NCBI GenBank assembly: GCA_023653095.1
Contig: JAMNXP010000003.1
Location: 39,503 to 103,502 of the forward strand
Origin: Bacteroidia bacterium
GTDB taxonomy: Bacteria; Bacteroidota; Bacteroidia; NS11-12g; UBA955
DNA length: 64,000 bases
Reading direction: 5' to 3'
The translations under genes and the position numbers were made by a program. Below the pieces are notes generated by a model, which searched no databases, was not told the origin of the DNA, and worked only from the letters and a program-made list of their open reading frames with translations. How positions within the stretch are numbered: position 1 is the first letter of the stretch; the number at the start of each line of letters is the position of its first letter. Of the stretch, positions 47,750 through 59,749 are shown one piece after another.

Positions 47750-48604
47750 ATGCAAAGCCCTCAAAGAAAAACTTTGGAAGTTTGCGTTTTAAGCGACCTT
47801 CACCTAGGAACATTCGGGTGTCACGCGCTCGAAATTGTTGACTATCTAAAATCAATACAACCAAAAATTCTCGTTCTCAACGGCGACATTATTGACATTT
47901 GGCAATTCCGTAAAAAGTACTTTCCCGCAGCACACATTCAAGTGATTCGAGAAGTGTTTAAACTCATGGAATTAGGAACCCATGTTTACTACATCACCGG
48001 AAACCACGACGAAGCCCTTCGCAAATACTCAGGCACAAAATTGGGAAATCTCACTCTCGACGATAAACTAGTTCTTGAACTTGACGGAAAAAAAACATGG
48101 ATCTTTCATGGTGATATATTCGATGCCACTACCAGAGGCAGTGCAAAAATCATTGCAAAACTCGGCGGACACGGTTATGATTTTCTTATCTGGTTAAATC
48201 ATGTGACCAACAAACTCATGACCGCACTTGGCTATGAAAAACGGAGCTTCTCCAAAAAAATAAAAAACAGTGTAAAACAAGCCGTCAAATGGATTGGTGA
48301 CTTTGAAGTCACCGCTGCTGATTTAGCCATTGAAAATGGTTTTGACTATGTGATCTGTGGTCACATCCACCAGCCCCAAAAAAGAATCATCACACAAAAT
48401 GGGAAATCAACAACTTACCTCAATAGTGGTGATTGGTTGGAAAATCTTACTGCGCTAGAATACCAGAAAGGACAGTGGGAAATTTACTACCATCAGCTCA
48501 ATGCAACCCAAAAAAGTTCAAGCGTAATTGAAAATTACAACACCTCAAAAGTACCCGATGTACTTACAGAACAAGTAGCATTCTGGATACAAAGTGCCCT
48601 CTAA
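47750..48604 (+). CDS. UDP-2,3-diacylglucosamine diphosphatase-like metallophosphoesterase
   Basis: Start set at the ATG (MQSPQRK). Calcineurin-like motifs LSDLHLG, NGDIID, GNHDE and GHIH. Confidence 0.7.
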   Translation: MQSPQRKTLEVCVLSDLHLGTFGCHALEIVDYLKSIQPKILVLNGDIIDIWQFRKKYFPAAHIQVIREVFKLMELGTHVYYITGNHDEALRKYSGTKLGNLTLDDKLVLELDGKKTWIFHGDIFDATTRGSAKIIAKLGGHGYDFLIWLNHVTNKLMTALGYEKRSFSKKIKNSVKQAVKWIGDFEVTAADLAIENGFDYVICGHIHQPQKRIITQNGKSTTYLNSGDWLENLTALEYQKGQWEIYYHQLNATQKSSSVIENYNTSKVPDVLTEQVAFWIQSAL

Positions 48605-48613
48605 TTACATCAC

Positions 48614-49612
48614 ATGAAAATCTTATATTGCATCCAAGCTACAGGGAACGGACATATTTCAAGAGCCATAGAATTACTCCCATACTTAATTAAAAACGCC
48701 CAAGTTGACGTTTTCTTGAGCGGTGCAAATTCATCTTTAAGACCTGATTTACCTATCAAATTCAGAAGTGACGGTTTGTCATTGTTTTATAAGCCAGAAG
48801 GAAATCTACATTGGTGGAAAATCATCAAACAAATCAACCCCTTTCGCTTGGTAAGAGACGCAATCAAATTACCTGTTAAAGAGTATGATCACGTTATTGT
48901 AGATTATGAATTCATTGGTGCTTTGGCTTGCAAACTCAGAGGGAAATCCTTTTTGCACATTGGCAATCAAGCCTCTTTTGCCTCTAAGTTGATTCCACGT
49001 CCCCCTAAAAGACATGCCGCCTCTGAATGGGTATTGAAAAATTATTGCGCATCAAAATTCAATATAGGTTATCACTATAACAGTTACGAAGATTGGATTT
49101 TACCACCCACCATCAAACAGCATTTTTGGGATGCTACAACCACACAGAATGAACATGTGACGGTCTATTTACCGCACATTTCAAAGCGCGAAATCAATCG
49201 TTATTTTTATGCCCTAAGAGGGGTTGAATTCCACATTTTCCATCCTGAAGTAAAAGAGTATGAAAAAGATTTTAACGTTCATTGGTTCCCCATCGATGGT
49301 GAAAAATTTGACCAAGATTTAATCACATCAAAAGGAGTGATCACTGCTGGTGGATTTCAAACAACTGCCGAGGCTTTGTTTCTGGGGAAGCCTTTACTTA
49401 TCATACCCATACCCAAACAGTACGAACAATGGTGCAACGCTGAAGCTCTTAAAGAGTTTGATGTTGAAGTCGTAGACACTCTGAACTTACACTTTGAGAA
49501 GACCTTTAGACGGTGGTTTAAAAAGTCCGAACCAGCTAAAACAAAACCTAAATTCATCAAGACCGAAGATATTGTAAATCGCATACTTGCAGAGTTGCAA
49601 AGCATGCCCTAA
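48614..49612 (+). CDS. glycosyltransferase-family protein (GT-B, TIGR00661-like)
   Basis: 332 aa. [18 protein letters not shown] at the N-terminus and the C-terminal [20 protein letters not shown] pattern. Confidence 0.5.
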   Translation: MKILYCIQATGNGHISRAIELLPYLIKNAQVDVFLSGANSSLRPDLPIKFRSDGLSLFYKPEGNLHWWKIIKQINPFRLVRDAIKLPVKEYDHVIVDYEFIGALACKLRGKSFLHIGNQASFASKLIPRPPKRHAASEWVLKNYCASKFNIGYHYNSYEDWILPPTIKQHFWDATTTQNEHVTVYLPHISKREINRYFYALRGVEFHIFHPEVKEYEKDFNVHWFPIDGEKFDQDLITSKGVITAGGFQTTAEALFLGKPLLIIPIPKQYEQWCNAEALKEFDVEVVDTLNLHFEKTFRRWFKKSEPAKTKPKFIKTEDIVNRILAELQSMP

Positions 49613-49644
49613 ACCACGTATCTTTGCCCCAATTTTTCAAAGCC

Positions 49645-50754
49645 ATGATAATCGGGGTACCTAAAGAAATCAAGAACAACGAAAACCGCGTTGCAGTAAC
49701 TCCTGCTGGAGTAAGTGAATTTGTAAAACATGGACACAAAGTTTATGTTCAATCAACCGCCGGATTAGGCAGTGGTTTCTCTGACGAGGAATACACCAAC
49801 GCCGGGGCTAACCTACTCCCAACCATAGAGGAAGTATACGGCATCGCCGAAATGATTGTTAAGGTTAAAGAACCCATTGAATTGGAATATTCTTTAATGC
49901 GTGCCGGACAATTATTGTTCACGTATTTCCATTTCGCGTCTTACGAGCCTTTGACCCACGCAATGATCAAAAGCAGAGCTATCTGCTTGGCTTATGAAAC
50001 AGTTGAAGTGAACAGAACCTTACCCTTGTTGATTCCAATGAGTGAAGTTGCTGGTCGTATGAGTATCCAAGAAGGCGCAAAATACCTTGAAAAACCAATG
50101 GGCGGACGCGGTATCCTTTTGGGTGGCGTACCTGGTGTTAAACCTGCAAATGTGGTAGTTTTAGGTGGTGGTGTTGTTGGAACTCAAGCTGCTAAAATGG
50201 CCGCAGGCCTTGGCGCAGATGTAACCATCATGGACCTTAGCCTTAACCGTTTACGTCAACTTGACGATATCATGCCCGCTAACGTAAAGACTCAATACAG
50301 CAATGATTACAACATTCGCGAAGCGGTAAAAACCGCAGATCTAGTCATTGGTGGCGTATTGATTCCAGGTGCAAAAGCTCCAAAATTAATCACCAAAGAC
50401 ATGCTTTCAACCATGCGTCCTGGATCTGTCATTGTTGACGTTGCCATTGACCAAGGAGGATGCTTTGAAACCTCAAAACCAACCACTCACGCTGAACCAA
50501 CCTATGTGGTTGACGGTGTAGTTCACTACTGTGTAGCAAACATGCCTGGCGCAGTTCCATATACATCTACCCTTGCCCTAACAAACGCAACCCTTCCCTA
50601 CGCTATTCAATTGGCAAACAAAGGTTGGAAACAAGCTTGCGCTGACAGCGCTGACCTCCGCCTCGGACTCAACGTTGTTGAAGGCAAAGTAGTGTACGAA
50701 GGCGTTAGCCAAGCATTCAACCTTCCTTATACGCCTGTTAGCGAGGTGTTGTAA
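49645..50754 (+). CDS. ald: alanine dehydrogenase
   Basis: Start set at [26 protein letters not shown]-binding motif [15 protein letters not shown]. Confidence 0.9.
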   Translation: MIIGVPKEIKNNENRVAVTPAGVSEFVKHGHKVYVQSTAGLGSGFSDEEYTNAGANLLPTIEEVYGIAEMIVKVKEPIELEYSLMRAGQLLFTYFHFASYEPLTHAMIKSRAICLAYETVEVNRTLPLLIPMSEVAGRMSIQEGAKYLEKPMGGRGILLGGVPGVKPANVVVLGGGVVGTQAAKMAAGLGADVTIMDLSLNRLRQLDDIMPANVKTQYSNDYNIREAVKTADLVIGGVLIPGAKAPKLITKDMLSTMRPGSVIVDVAIDQGGCFETSKPTTHAEPTYVVDGVVHYCVANMPGAVPYTSTLALTNATLPYAIQLANKGWKQACADSADLRLGLNVVEGKVVYEGVSQAFNLPYTPVSEVL

Positions 50755-50908
50755 TCAGCCGTCAGCGATTAACAGTCAGTCGTCAGCCGTAAGCTAATAG
50801 CCGTCGGCCGAAAGCCGTTATCCGTTAGCTGACCACCGATAACCGATAACCGATAACCGATCACCGATAACCGATAACCGATCACCGATAACCGATCACC
50901 GACCACCG
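50755..50908. repeat. heptanucleotide tandem array B (22 in-phase 7-mers)
   Basis: tcagccg tcagcga ttaacag tcagtcg tcagccg taagcta atagccg tcggccg aaagccg ttatccg ttagctg accaccg ataaccg ataaccg ataaccg atcaccg ataaccg ataaccg atcaccg ataaccg atcaccg accaccg. The array begins at the nt after the ald stop and ends 12 nt before the next ATG. Confidence 0.95.
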
Positions 50909-50920
50909 TTAACAAAACAA

Positions 50921-51685
50921 ATGCTTAACTCAAAAGTATACGGCGAACAGCATCATGAAACCGTGATCATTTTACACGGGGTATTTGGTATGCTCGATAA
51001 TTGGCATTTAACCGCTAAAGCCTTGTCCGAAAAATACAGGGTTATAACATACGATGCCCGTAATCACGGCAAATCATTTCATGATGCTGATTGCTCTTAT
51101 CAAGCAATGGCCAACGATTTGAACCAGCTGATGATTCAATTCAACATTGACGAAGCCTATATTTTGGCCCACTCAATGGGTGGAAAAACCGCTATGCTTT
51201 TCGCAGATCAACATCCCCAAAAAGTAAAAAAACTGTTGGTGGTTGACATTGCTCCCAAAGCCTATCACGCCGGACATCTTGAATACATTCAAGCATTTAA
51301 AAGCATAGACTTTAGCAAAATCCAATCTCGAAAAGAGGCCGATGATGCATTCCTGCCGTATGCTCCCATTATGGGAGTGAGACAATTTTTATTGAAAAAT
51401 CTGGAAGCTAAACCTGAAGGGGGCTACCAACTAAAAATCAATATTGTAGCCATTGAAAATCATTATTATGACATCATAGGCGGACTGAATTTTCAAAACA
51501 TTTTCGATAAAGAAACCCATTTTATTTTGGGAGAAAAAAGCGGGTATCTCAAAGAAACAGACAAACCCTTTATAGAAGAGCATTTTCCTCTTTCAAGATA
51601 CCACACCATCAGCAAGGCTGGGCATTGGGTACATGCTGACAATCCCGAAGAATTTCTGAAAGTAGTAAAAGAAATTATTAATTAA
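50921..51685 (+). CDS. alpha/beta-fold hydrolase
   Basis: 254 aa. HGVFGMLDNW oxyanion region, nucleophile elbow AHSMGGK and C-terminal GHWVH. Confidence 0.8.
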   Translation: MLNSKVYGEQHHETVIILHGVFGMLDNWHLTAKALSEKYRVITYDARNHGKSFHDADCSYQAMANDLNQLMIQFNIDEAYILAHSMGGKTAMLFADQHPQKVKKLLVVDIAPKAYHAGHLEYIQAFKSIDFSKIQSRKEADDAFLPYAPIMGVRQFLLKNLEAKPEGGYQLKINIVAIENHYYDIIGGLNFQNIFDKETHFILGEKSGYLKETDKPFIEEHFPLSRYHTISKAGHWVHADNPEEFLKVVKEIIN

Positions 51686-51696
51686 CTTCGCCTTTC

Positions 51697-52491
51697 ATGA
51701 AAAATGGGTGGCTTCTTATTCTCCTTCTGTCGAGCTTCATTAATTTGAAGGCCCAAAAGGATTTTACTTCAACTGCTGATTCTACCCGTAAGAAGGATGA
51801 AGAAAAAAGCTGGATTCTCATGCATGTGGCAGCAACCTACAGCGTGAACGCTGGTGACTGGGCCGATAGATATCCTGCTTACACCGCTTTGCCGCTCAGA
51901 TTGGAATATTACCACAAAAACAAATACACTCTTGGAGCAGATTTTAGTTTTTATCTCGGTTCGCAAGTAAACTCAGCCGGTATGTTCCCAGATATGACTG
52001 ATGAAGACGGCTCACTCAGAGACATTAATGGCTATCCGGCCGTGATCAGATATTACATGAGGGGTTGGTCTTCAAGAGCCTACGCTCTAAAAATCATTCC
52101 CTTGAATTACAATGCCGCCAAAGAAGCTCGTTGGTCATTGCAATTGGGAGGAGGTGTTGGATACACGAGGCATTACACCAAATTCAACTTCGATCTAGAC
52201 ATGGTTCCGCAATTGGAAGAGGAATATTTAGGGGGATATGACAGGCTCACGGCTGGCACTCAACTTTTTGAACAAATCAGATTTCAGTATTTAAACAATT
52301 CTATGGTTTCGCTTTCTGCGGGATTTGAATTCCTACAGGGTTTCACAAAACATCAACGGGCATACGACTTCACCACCCGAAGTCCTCAAAGCCAAGGCTA
52401 CTTTGATCTAGGTATTGGAGCCTTTATTGGTGTCATCATTCCTATAAAACTGGGGCAAATTTCTGCATCGGAAGAATACTACATAGATTAA
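51697..52491 (+). CDS. hypothetical secreted / outer-membrane protein
   Basis: 264 aa. Signal peptide MKNGWLLILLLSSFINLKAQ, with aromatic-rich beta-like segments. Confidence 0.4.
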   Translation: MKNGWLLILLLSSFINLKAQKDFTSTADSTRKKDEEKSWILMHVAATYSVNAGDWADRYPAYTALPLRLEYYHKNKYTLGADFSFYLGSQVNSAGMFPDMTDEDGSLRDINGYPAVIRYYMRGWSSRAYALKIIPLNYNAAKEARWSLQLGGGVGYTRHYTKFNFDLDMVPQLEEEYLGGYDRLTAGTQLFEQIRFQYLNNSMVSLSAGFEFLQGFTKHQRAYDFTTRSPQSQGYFDLGIGAFIGVIIPIKLGQISASEEYYID

Positions 52492-53769
52492 ATGATTCGG
52501 TGGATTTACAATATCCTCGCTCAGATAATTGATGCCGCTATCAATTTGGCCTCTTTGGCATTGCCAAAAACCAAACTTGCTAGAATGTTTAGGGGACGAA
52601 AATCCAGCTTGATTGACATTCAAAATATAGATTCCACCCAGCCCAGAATTTGGTTTCACGCCGCTTCTCTGGGCGAATTCGAAATGGCCCTTCCCTTGAT
52701 TCAGACCATGAATCAGGAATACCATTGTTGTATCACTTTTTTCTCGCCATCGGGGTTTGAAAACGCCAAGATTCCACAGAATTGTTCCAAATATTACATC
52801 CAAAACGACAGTCCCCAAAAGTCCAATCAGTGGCTAGACGAACTGAATCCCCAGGCGGTAATTTTTGTTAAATACGAATTTTGGATCAATCATATTCGGG
52901 CATTAAACAAAAGAAATATTCCTTTCTTTTATTGGAACATTCTTCTGAGAAAAAATCATTTTTTAGGTTCTTTCTGGGGACATGAATGGCGCTTAGAACT
53001 TAAAAATTGCAAAAAATTCTACGCCCAAAATTTGGAAACAGTGCAACTGCTGAAACAGTGGATCTCACCAAAAACCAACACTGAAATCTTGGGAGATGCC
53101 CGTTATTTAAGGGCTGCCCAACTTCGAAATTCGGTACTAGAAATTCCTGCAGCAATCTGGCAATTCTGCCAAAACTCCGATGTGCTCATTATTGGGTCTT
53201 GTTGGGATGAAGAAGTGCAAGTTCTAAAAGAAACGCTGTCTCAATTGGAGCATGCTGAGTCATTTAGATACATAGTTGCACCTCACGATTTGAGCGAAAC
53301 GCGCATCCAAAATATCATCTCAACGCTCTCTGGCACTGACAAACATATATTCAGATTTTCGGAAATCAAAGACTCTTCCGCGGTCAATGTCCCCCGAAAA
53401 GAAATAATTGAAATTGGCATTTTAGACTCCATGGGCTGGCTATCAAGGGTATATCATTGCTGTGATTTGGCCCTCGTTGGAGGAGCTTTTGGCGCGGGAC
53501 TTCACAACATTATTGAGGCACAAGCAGCGGGTTGTTTTGTTTTATTTGGACCCAAAACACAGAAGTTCCCAGAGGCACAACAATCTGTAGACGAGGGTGT
53601 GGCTTTGCAAGGAAGCTCGATCAATGAACTTGCTAAAAAACTACAAGACACCATGACGAGAAGTGATTTTCATGAATTGAGGCATCAAGTGAATGAATAT
53701 TTCAATAAAAACATTCCGGCAATCAGTCAGGTAAAAAATGAAATTACTGCTCACATACTGACAAAATGA
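52492..53769 (+). CDS. waaA: 3-deoxy-D-manno-octulosonic acid (Kdo) transferase
   Basis: 425 aa. The WFHAASLGEFEMALPLI motif is typical of KdtA/WaaA. There is a C-terminal GT-B half. Confidence 0.8.
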   Translation: MIRWIYNILAQIIDAAINLASLALPKTKLARMFRGRKSSLIDIQNIDSTQPRIWFHAASLGEFEMALPLIQTMNQEYHCCITFFSPSGFENAKIPQNCSKYYIQNDSPQKSNQWLDELNPQAVIFVKYEFWINHIRALNKRNIPFFYWNILLRKNHFLGSFWGHEWRLELKNCKKFYAQNLETVQLLKQWISPKTNTEILGDARYLRAAQLRNSVLEIPAAIWQFCQNSDVLIIGSCWDEEVQVLKETLSQLEHAESFRYIVAPHDLSETRIQNIISTLSGTDKHIFRFSEIKDSSAVNVPRKEIIEIGILDSMGWLSRVYHCCDLALVGGAFGAGLHNIIEAQAAGCFVLFGPKTQKFPEAQQSVDEGVALQGSSINELAKKLQDTMTRSDFHELRHQVNEYFNKNIPAISQVKNEITAHILTK

Positions 53770-53855
53770 CAAGACAAACTGCTAAAATTTCCGTTTTTAG
53801 CGATTGGCATAGAATTAGATAATTCTGCGGCATAGAACAAAACGTAAAAACTAAT

Positions 53856-54131
53856 ATGTCAGTTAACATTAAACCTTTGGCAGATCGCGTTCTGATAGAA
53901 CCGGTTGCCGCTGAGCAAACTACTGCGTCAGGTATTATTATCCCAGACACTGCAAAAGAAAAGCCACAAAGAGGTAAAGTAATTGCTGTAGGATCAGGCA
54001 AGCCCGATGAACCCATGACTGTTAAAGTTGGCGACACCGTTTTATACGGCAAGTATGCGGGTACTGAAATCAGCGTTGAAGGCAACGACTACCTCATCAT
54101 GAGAGAAACAGACATTTTGGCAATCATCTAA
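53856..54131 (+). CDS. groES: co-chaperonin GroES
   Basis: 91 aa. [12 protein letters not shown]...[23 protein letters not shown]. Confidence 0.95.
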   Translation: MSVNIKPLADRVLIEPVAAEQTTASGIIIPDTAKEKPQRGKVIAVGSGKPDEPMTVKVGDTVLYGKYAGTEISVEGNDYLIMRETDILAII

Positions 54132-54144
54132 TCAGAAAAAGTAA

Positions 54145-55791
<1,647 letters not shown>

Positions 55792-55814
55792 TCATCTGAA
55801 ATCAAACATTTCAA

Positions 55815-55845
55815 AGAGGCTGCCTTAAAAGGGCGGCCTCTTTTC
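55815..55845 (+). terminator. rho-independent terminator of groESL
   Basis: AGAGGCTGCC-ttaaaag-GGCGGCCTCT followed by TTTT, 24 nt after the groEL stop. Confidence 0.75.
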
Positions 55846-55889
55846 GTTTAACCACAAATTGAACCTATCTTTGCACAGTGCCAAGAACC

Positions 55890-56291
55890 ATGGGAATAGA
55901 CTTCGGGTTAAAAAGGACAGGAATAGCCATTACTGATCCGCTAAACCTCTTTGCTCAACCCCTCACAACCATAAGAACCGCTGATTTCCCCATCTGGTTT
56001 AAAGATTATCTCTTACAAGAACCCGTTGATTGTGTGGTTGTGGGTATGCCCATCAGACTCACAGGCGAAGACACACATTCCACTCAATCGGTGCGCGACT
56101 TCTTGCAATGGCTAAAAGAAAACTACCCACACTTGAAAATTGAAACCATTGATGAACGTTTCAGCAGCCACGAAGCTCAAAACCAAATCATTGCCATGGG
56201 TAAATCCAAAAAAGACCGAAGAGACAAAGGACTCATAGACACCGTTTCAGCAACCATCATTTTACAAACTCACCTCCAAAGAATATCATGA
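55890..56291 (+). CDS. ruvX: Holliday-junction-resolvase-like pre-16S rRNA nuclease RuvX/YqgF
   Basis: Start set at MGIDFGLKRTGIAITD (the track start is a GTG 12 nt upstream). Confidence 0.8.
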   Translation: MGIDFGLKRTGIAITDPLNLFAQPLTTIRTADFPIWFKDYLLQEPVDCVVVGMPIRLTGEDTHSTQSVRDFLQWLKENYPHLKIETIDERFSSHEAQNQIIAMGKSKKDRRDKGLIDTVSATIILQTHLQRIS

Positions 56292-56839
56292 TACTTCCAA
56301 TTTATGCCTACGGACAACCTGTTTTAAGAAAAAAGGCCGAAGAAATTGATTTTAACGACCCTGACCTAACCAAATTGATTTCAGACATGTTCGATACCAT
56401 GTATGACTCCAACGGCATTGGTTTGGCTGCTCCACAAATTGGAAAGTCTATCAGATTATTCATTGTTGACGGCTCTGAAATTGAAGATATTCAACCCGAA
56501 GGTTTCAAAGAAGTATTCATCAACCCCACCATTCTAGAAGAATTTGGAACCGAATGGGAATTTGAAGAAGGCTGTTTAAGCATTCCTGATGTCCGTGCCA
56601 ACGTTAAGCGCAAAGGCGAACTCAAAATTCATTATTGGGATGCTAATTTTCAAGAACATACCAAGTCATTTGATGGGATGGCCGCTAGAATCATCCAACA
56701 TGAATATGATCATATTGAAGGTATTTTATTCACCGATCGCATCAGTCCACTAAAAAGATCCATGCTCAAGCGAAAAATGGACGGTATCACGCGGGGAATT
56801 ACTCGCGCTGATTACAAAATGAAGTTTTATAAACGCTAA
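56288..56839 (+). CDS. def: peptide deformylase
   Basis: 183 aa with motifs GIGLAAPQIG, EGCLSIP and HEYDHIEG. 4-nt overlap with ruvX. Confidence 0.9.
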   Translation: MILPIYAYGQPVLRKKAEEIDFNDPDLTKLISDMFDTMYDSNGIGLAAPQIGKSIRLFIVDGSEIEDIQPEGFKEVFINPTILEEFGTEWEFEEGCLSIPDVRANVKRKGELKIHYWDANFQEHTKSFDGMAARIIQHEYDHIEGILFTDRISPLKRSMLKRKMDGITRGITRADYKMKFYKR

Positions 56840-56848
56840 ATTGCGCTA

Positions 56849-57706
56849 ATGATTCATTATTTGAGAATCATTCGCCCCATCAACCTCCTGCTGACCATCC
56901 TCACTCAGTGGCTTTTCTATTTTTCGGCCTCCCGCATCAATTCCGGACTAAGTCTCATTGACTTTTCCAATCTCCGCTTCCCCGAAAGCATCACTGCCAC
57001 TTTGGCCTGCGTTCTTGTTGCCGCCGGGGGATATGTAATCAATGACATCTTCGATGTAGAAACCGACAAAATCAATAGGCCTGGAAAGCGCATAGCCGTT
57101 GAAAGCACATCCGTGAAATCCATGAAAATGTATTATCTGATTCTCACATTCACCGGAATCAGTTTGGGCTTCATCACCGGACTTGGAATGGGCATTTTGT
57201 CAACCGTCATAGCCATTCTTCTCTATTTTTATTCCAGCGACTTTAAATCGGAATTCCTGATGGGAAACCTCCTCATTTCATTGATGGCAGGAATGGTGGT
57301 TTACATTGCCTCTAGAGGTGTTTTCTTGGTAAACAAAGCCTATTTCGCCGAATTCTCAAGCATAGCCTTCTTCATCACCTTCGCCCGCGAACTCATCAAA
57401 GACCTCGAAGACTACGCCGGCGATAAAGAACATGGCTATGAAACTTTCGCCATCAGCAGCGGACCTACTAAAACCAAAATACTTGCATCCATTTTCATAG
57501 TCTTCAGCTTGGCCCTCCTCTTCTTGGTTGGAGCCACCGGCAATCAACTAGAATATTGGATATTCCTCTTTGCAGTTCTCACACCCTTGCATTTATACCT
57601 CCTCTATAAAATCTACGCGGCTCTTGAAAAACCGCATTACAGCCACATTTCAAATTGGCTCAAATATTTGATGTTTATTGGCCTTCTGGCGAGTTTATTC
57701 AGTTAG
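56849..57706 (+). CDS. UbiA-family prenyltransferase
   Basis: 285 aa, polytopic. Asp-rich motif NDIFDVETDKINRP and a second motif DLEDYAGDKEHG. Confidence 0.75.
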   Translation: MIHYLRIIRPINLLLTILTQWLFYFSASRINSGLSLIDFSNLRFPESITATLACVLVAAGGYVINDIFDVETDKINRPGKRIAVESTSVKSMKMYYLILTFTGISLGFITGLGMGILSTVIAILLYFYSSDFKSEFLMGNLLISLMAGMVVYIASRGVFLVNKAYFAEFSSIAFFITFARELIKDLEDYAGDKEHGYETFAISSGPTKTKILASIFIVFSLALLFLVGATGNQLEYWIFLFAVLTPLHLYLLYKIYAALEKPHYSHISNWLKYLMFIGLLASLFS

Positions 57707-57923
57707 GATTTGGTCTTTGGTCTTTGGTCTTTGGTCTTTGGTCTTTGGTCCTTGGCTGGGAGCTGAACAGCTTTGCTGTTGCTTGGAGCCTTCGGCGCTG
57801 CTGAAAGCTGAAAGCTGTCCGCTGCCCGCTGTCCGCTGACGGCTGACGGCTGACGGCTGTCCGCTGACCGCTGACGGCTGACGGCTGATCACCGATCACC
57901 GATCACCGGTCACCGGTCACCAG
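57707..57923. repeat. heptanucleotide tandem array C (~31 in-phase 7-mers, composite)
   Basis: gatttgg (tctttgg)x5 tccttgg, then 7 degenerate units, then aagctga aagctgt ccgctgc ccgctgt ccgctga (cggctga)x2 cggctgt ccgctga ccgctga (cggctga)x2 (tcaccga)x2 (tcaccgg)x2 tcaccag. The array starts 1 nt after the UbiA-family stop. It runs into the last codons and the stop (57910-57912) of the convergent DUF3109 gene. Confidence 0.95.
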
Positions 57924-58494
57924 ATTTGCTATCCCACGCCTTACTAACCTCCTCCAATTCCTGATACCATTCAGCACCCATCTTGCGAATCAAGGGTTCT
58001 TTCAAGAATTCAAATACCCGCACGTTTAACTCTGATCCCGCTTTACATGCCGGGTTGCAAATGTCCCACTTGTGGTAATTTAAAGCCGTGTAATTTCCGT
58101 AACGCTTTGCCCTAATTGGGTATAAATGACAACTGATGGGCTTCTTGAAATCGGTTTCACCCGCTTCATAGGCCATCTCAAAACTGCATTTGGCAATGCC
58201 CTTGTCATCGTATTGCACAAAAACACACTCACCAGACTTTTGACACTCTGTAACCAATTCGCCGTCAGGGTCACGAGTGTGAAATCCTTTTTCTGCCAAG
58301 TATTCTAATGCGTCTGTGCGCATGTATTTCTTTACCCTAGGAAGTACCCGTTCTATGGTTTCAAGTTCTGCGTGGAGCAACGGAGCTCCAGCGTCACCTT
58401 CAATGCAACAAGCCCCTTTACACTGATCAAGTTGACAAACAAATTGCTTGTCTAAAATATCTTCTGAAAGGATGGCTTCGCCAACGATGATCAT
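57910..58494 (-). CDS. DUF3109-like Cys-rich protein
   Basis: 194 aa with Cys clusters ([32 protein letters not shown]). The family assignment is from memory. 4-nt overlap with purE. Confidence 0.55.
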   Translation of the reverse strand: MIIVGEAILSEDILDKQFVCQLDQCKGACCIEGDAGAPLLHAELETIERVLPRVKKYMRTDALEYLAEKGFHTRDPDGELVTECQKSGECVFVQYDDKGIAKCSFEMAYEAGETDFKKPISCHLYPIRAKRYGNYTALNYHKWDICNPACKAGSELNVRVFEFLKEPLIRKMGAEWYQELEEVSKAWDSKSGDR

Positions 58495-59006
58495 GAATTT
58501 GGATTTAAGTACTTTTCAGGACCCAAATCTTCTAGACGCTTCGCTTTTTCAAGCACCTCTGATTCCATTTCTTTCTTGAAAGCAATCACCTGATCTGTAA
58601 TTTCCTCATCGTAAATACCTAAAATTTGAGCAGCTAGTATACCGGCGTTTCTAGCGCCGTTGATGGCTACCGTTGCAACGGGAACACCAGGAGGCATCTG
58701 CACTATAGAATACAAACTATCAATACCGCTCATGGTCTTTGATTGAACGGGAACACCAATAACTGGCAAATGGGTCATTGAAGCCACCATTCCTGGCAAA
58801 TGCGCAGCTCCCCCAGCTCCAGCTATGATCACACAAATGCCGCGATCTGCTGCATGCTCCGCATATTCAAATAGACGTTCAGGTGTTCTGTGTGCCGAAA
58901 CAATGGTGGTTTCGGTTTCAACTCCCATTTGATTTAAAATAGCGCTTGCTTCCTTCATTATTGGAAGATCACTATCAGAACCCATGATTATTCCTACTCT
59001 TATCAT
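58491..59006 (-). CDS. purE: 5-(carboxyamino)imidazole ribonucleotide mutase
   Basis: 171 aa. IIMGSDSD and [12 protein letters not shown] motifs. Confidence 0.9.
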   Translation of the reverse strand: MIRVGIIMGSDSDLPIMKEASAILNQMGVETETTIVSAHRTPERLFEYAEHAADRGICVIIAGAGGAAHLPGMVASMTHLPVIGVPVQSKTMSGIDSLYSIVQMPPGVPVATVAINGARNAGILAAQILGIYDEEITDQVIAFKKEMESEVLEKAKRLEDLGPEKYLNPNS

Positions 59007-59011
59007 TTTAA

Positions 59012-59740
59012 TTATTCTGTTGGATGTAATTTAAAACCCAAAAACGATATTCCAATATATGCAAAATAGAAAATGGCAAATCCGTAATTACCAAATACAA
59101 CGGCAAACACCACACCCAATACCAAAAGTAGGTATCTGTAAAGGTTTAATCCATCTGTTTTATTGAATTTTAAAGACAACATTGGATAATCACTAACCAT
59201 CATGTAACCTGCTATCAATGGCATATACAACCACACGTAAAAGTGATTCAACCAATCCAACTCAATAAACCCAAACTTAATGGCAGCAACACCTCCCAAA
59301 GAATGGTTGAACAAAGCCCATGAACCCAAAACCAAACCTGTCAAAGGCGTGGGGATTCCCATAAAATTGGTTTTTTGATTATCACTCACATTAAAAACAG
59401 CCAAACGATATGCTGCAGCTAATGGTATCAACATCCAAACATAAGAATTGATGCAAAAACCTGAAGGCGGACAAACACCACGCATCATCATGAAATGTCT
59501 CCAAATTAAGCCAGGTACAACGCCAAAAGATACAACGTCAGCTAGGCTATCGAGTTGTTTTCCCAATTCACCATCTACTCCTAAAGCACGAGCTGCCATT
59601 CCATCAAAAAAGTCTAAAATAGAGGCAATGACCATCAAAATAAAGGCAATCAAGGGTTGACCTTGCATAACAAACGTGATGGCCAACAATCCGCAGGCTA
59701 AATTGCCTAAGGTGATGAGGTTAGGAATAGACTGCTTCAT
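59012..59740 (-). CDS. pssA: CDP-alcohol phosphatidyltransferase, phosphatidylserine-synthase-like
   Basis: 242 aa, polytopic. [31 protein letters not shown] matches D-G-x2-A-R-x8-G-x3-D-x3-D. Confidence 0.75.
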   Translation of the reverse strand: MKQSIPNLITLGNLACGLLAITFVMQGQPLIAFILMVIASILDFFDGMAARALGVDGELGKQLDSLADVVSFGVVPGLIWRHFMMMRGVCPPSGFCINSYVWMLIPLAAAYRLAVFNVSDNQKTNFMGIPTPLTGLVLGSWALFNHSLGGVAAIKFGFIELDWLNHFYVWLYMPLIAGYMMVSDYPMLSLKFNKTDGLNLYRYLLLVLGVVFAVVFGNYGFAIFYFAYIGISFLGFKLHPTE

Positions 59741-59749
59741 ACTGCAAAA

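Noticed and set aside
53770-53855. CIRCE (HrcA) operator upstream of groES
   Set aside because: I looked for TTAGCACTC-N9-GAGTGCTAA. Only a weak 'ttagcgattggc' fragment is present and it has no inverted partner.
57695-57899. Two overlapping 65-66-aa minus-strand ORFs with repetitive SAVSGQ/KTKDQRP peptides
   Set aside because: They lie entirely inside heptamer array C. Three 7-mers make 21 nt, so any frame stays open by chance. There is no start context and they fill a convergent-gene spacer.
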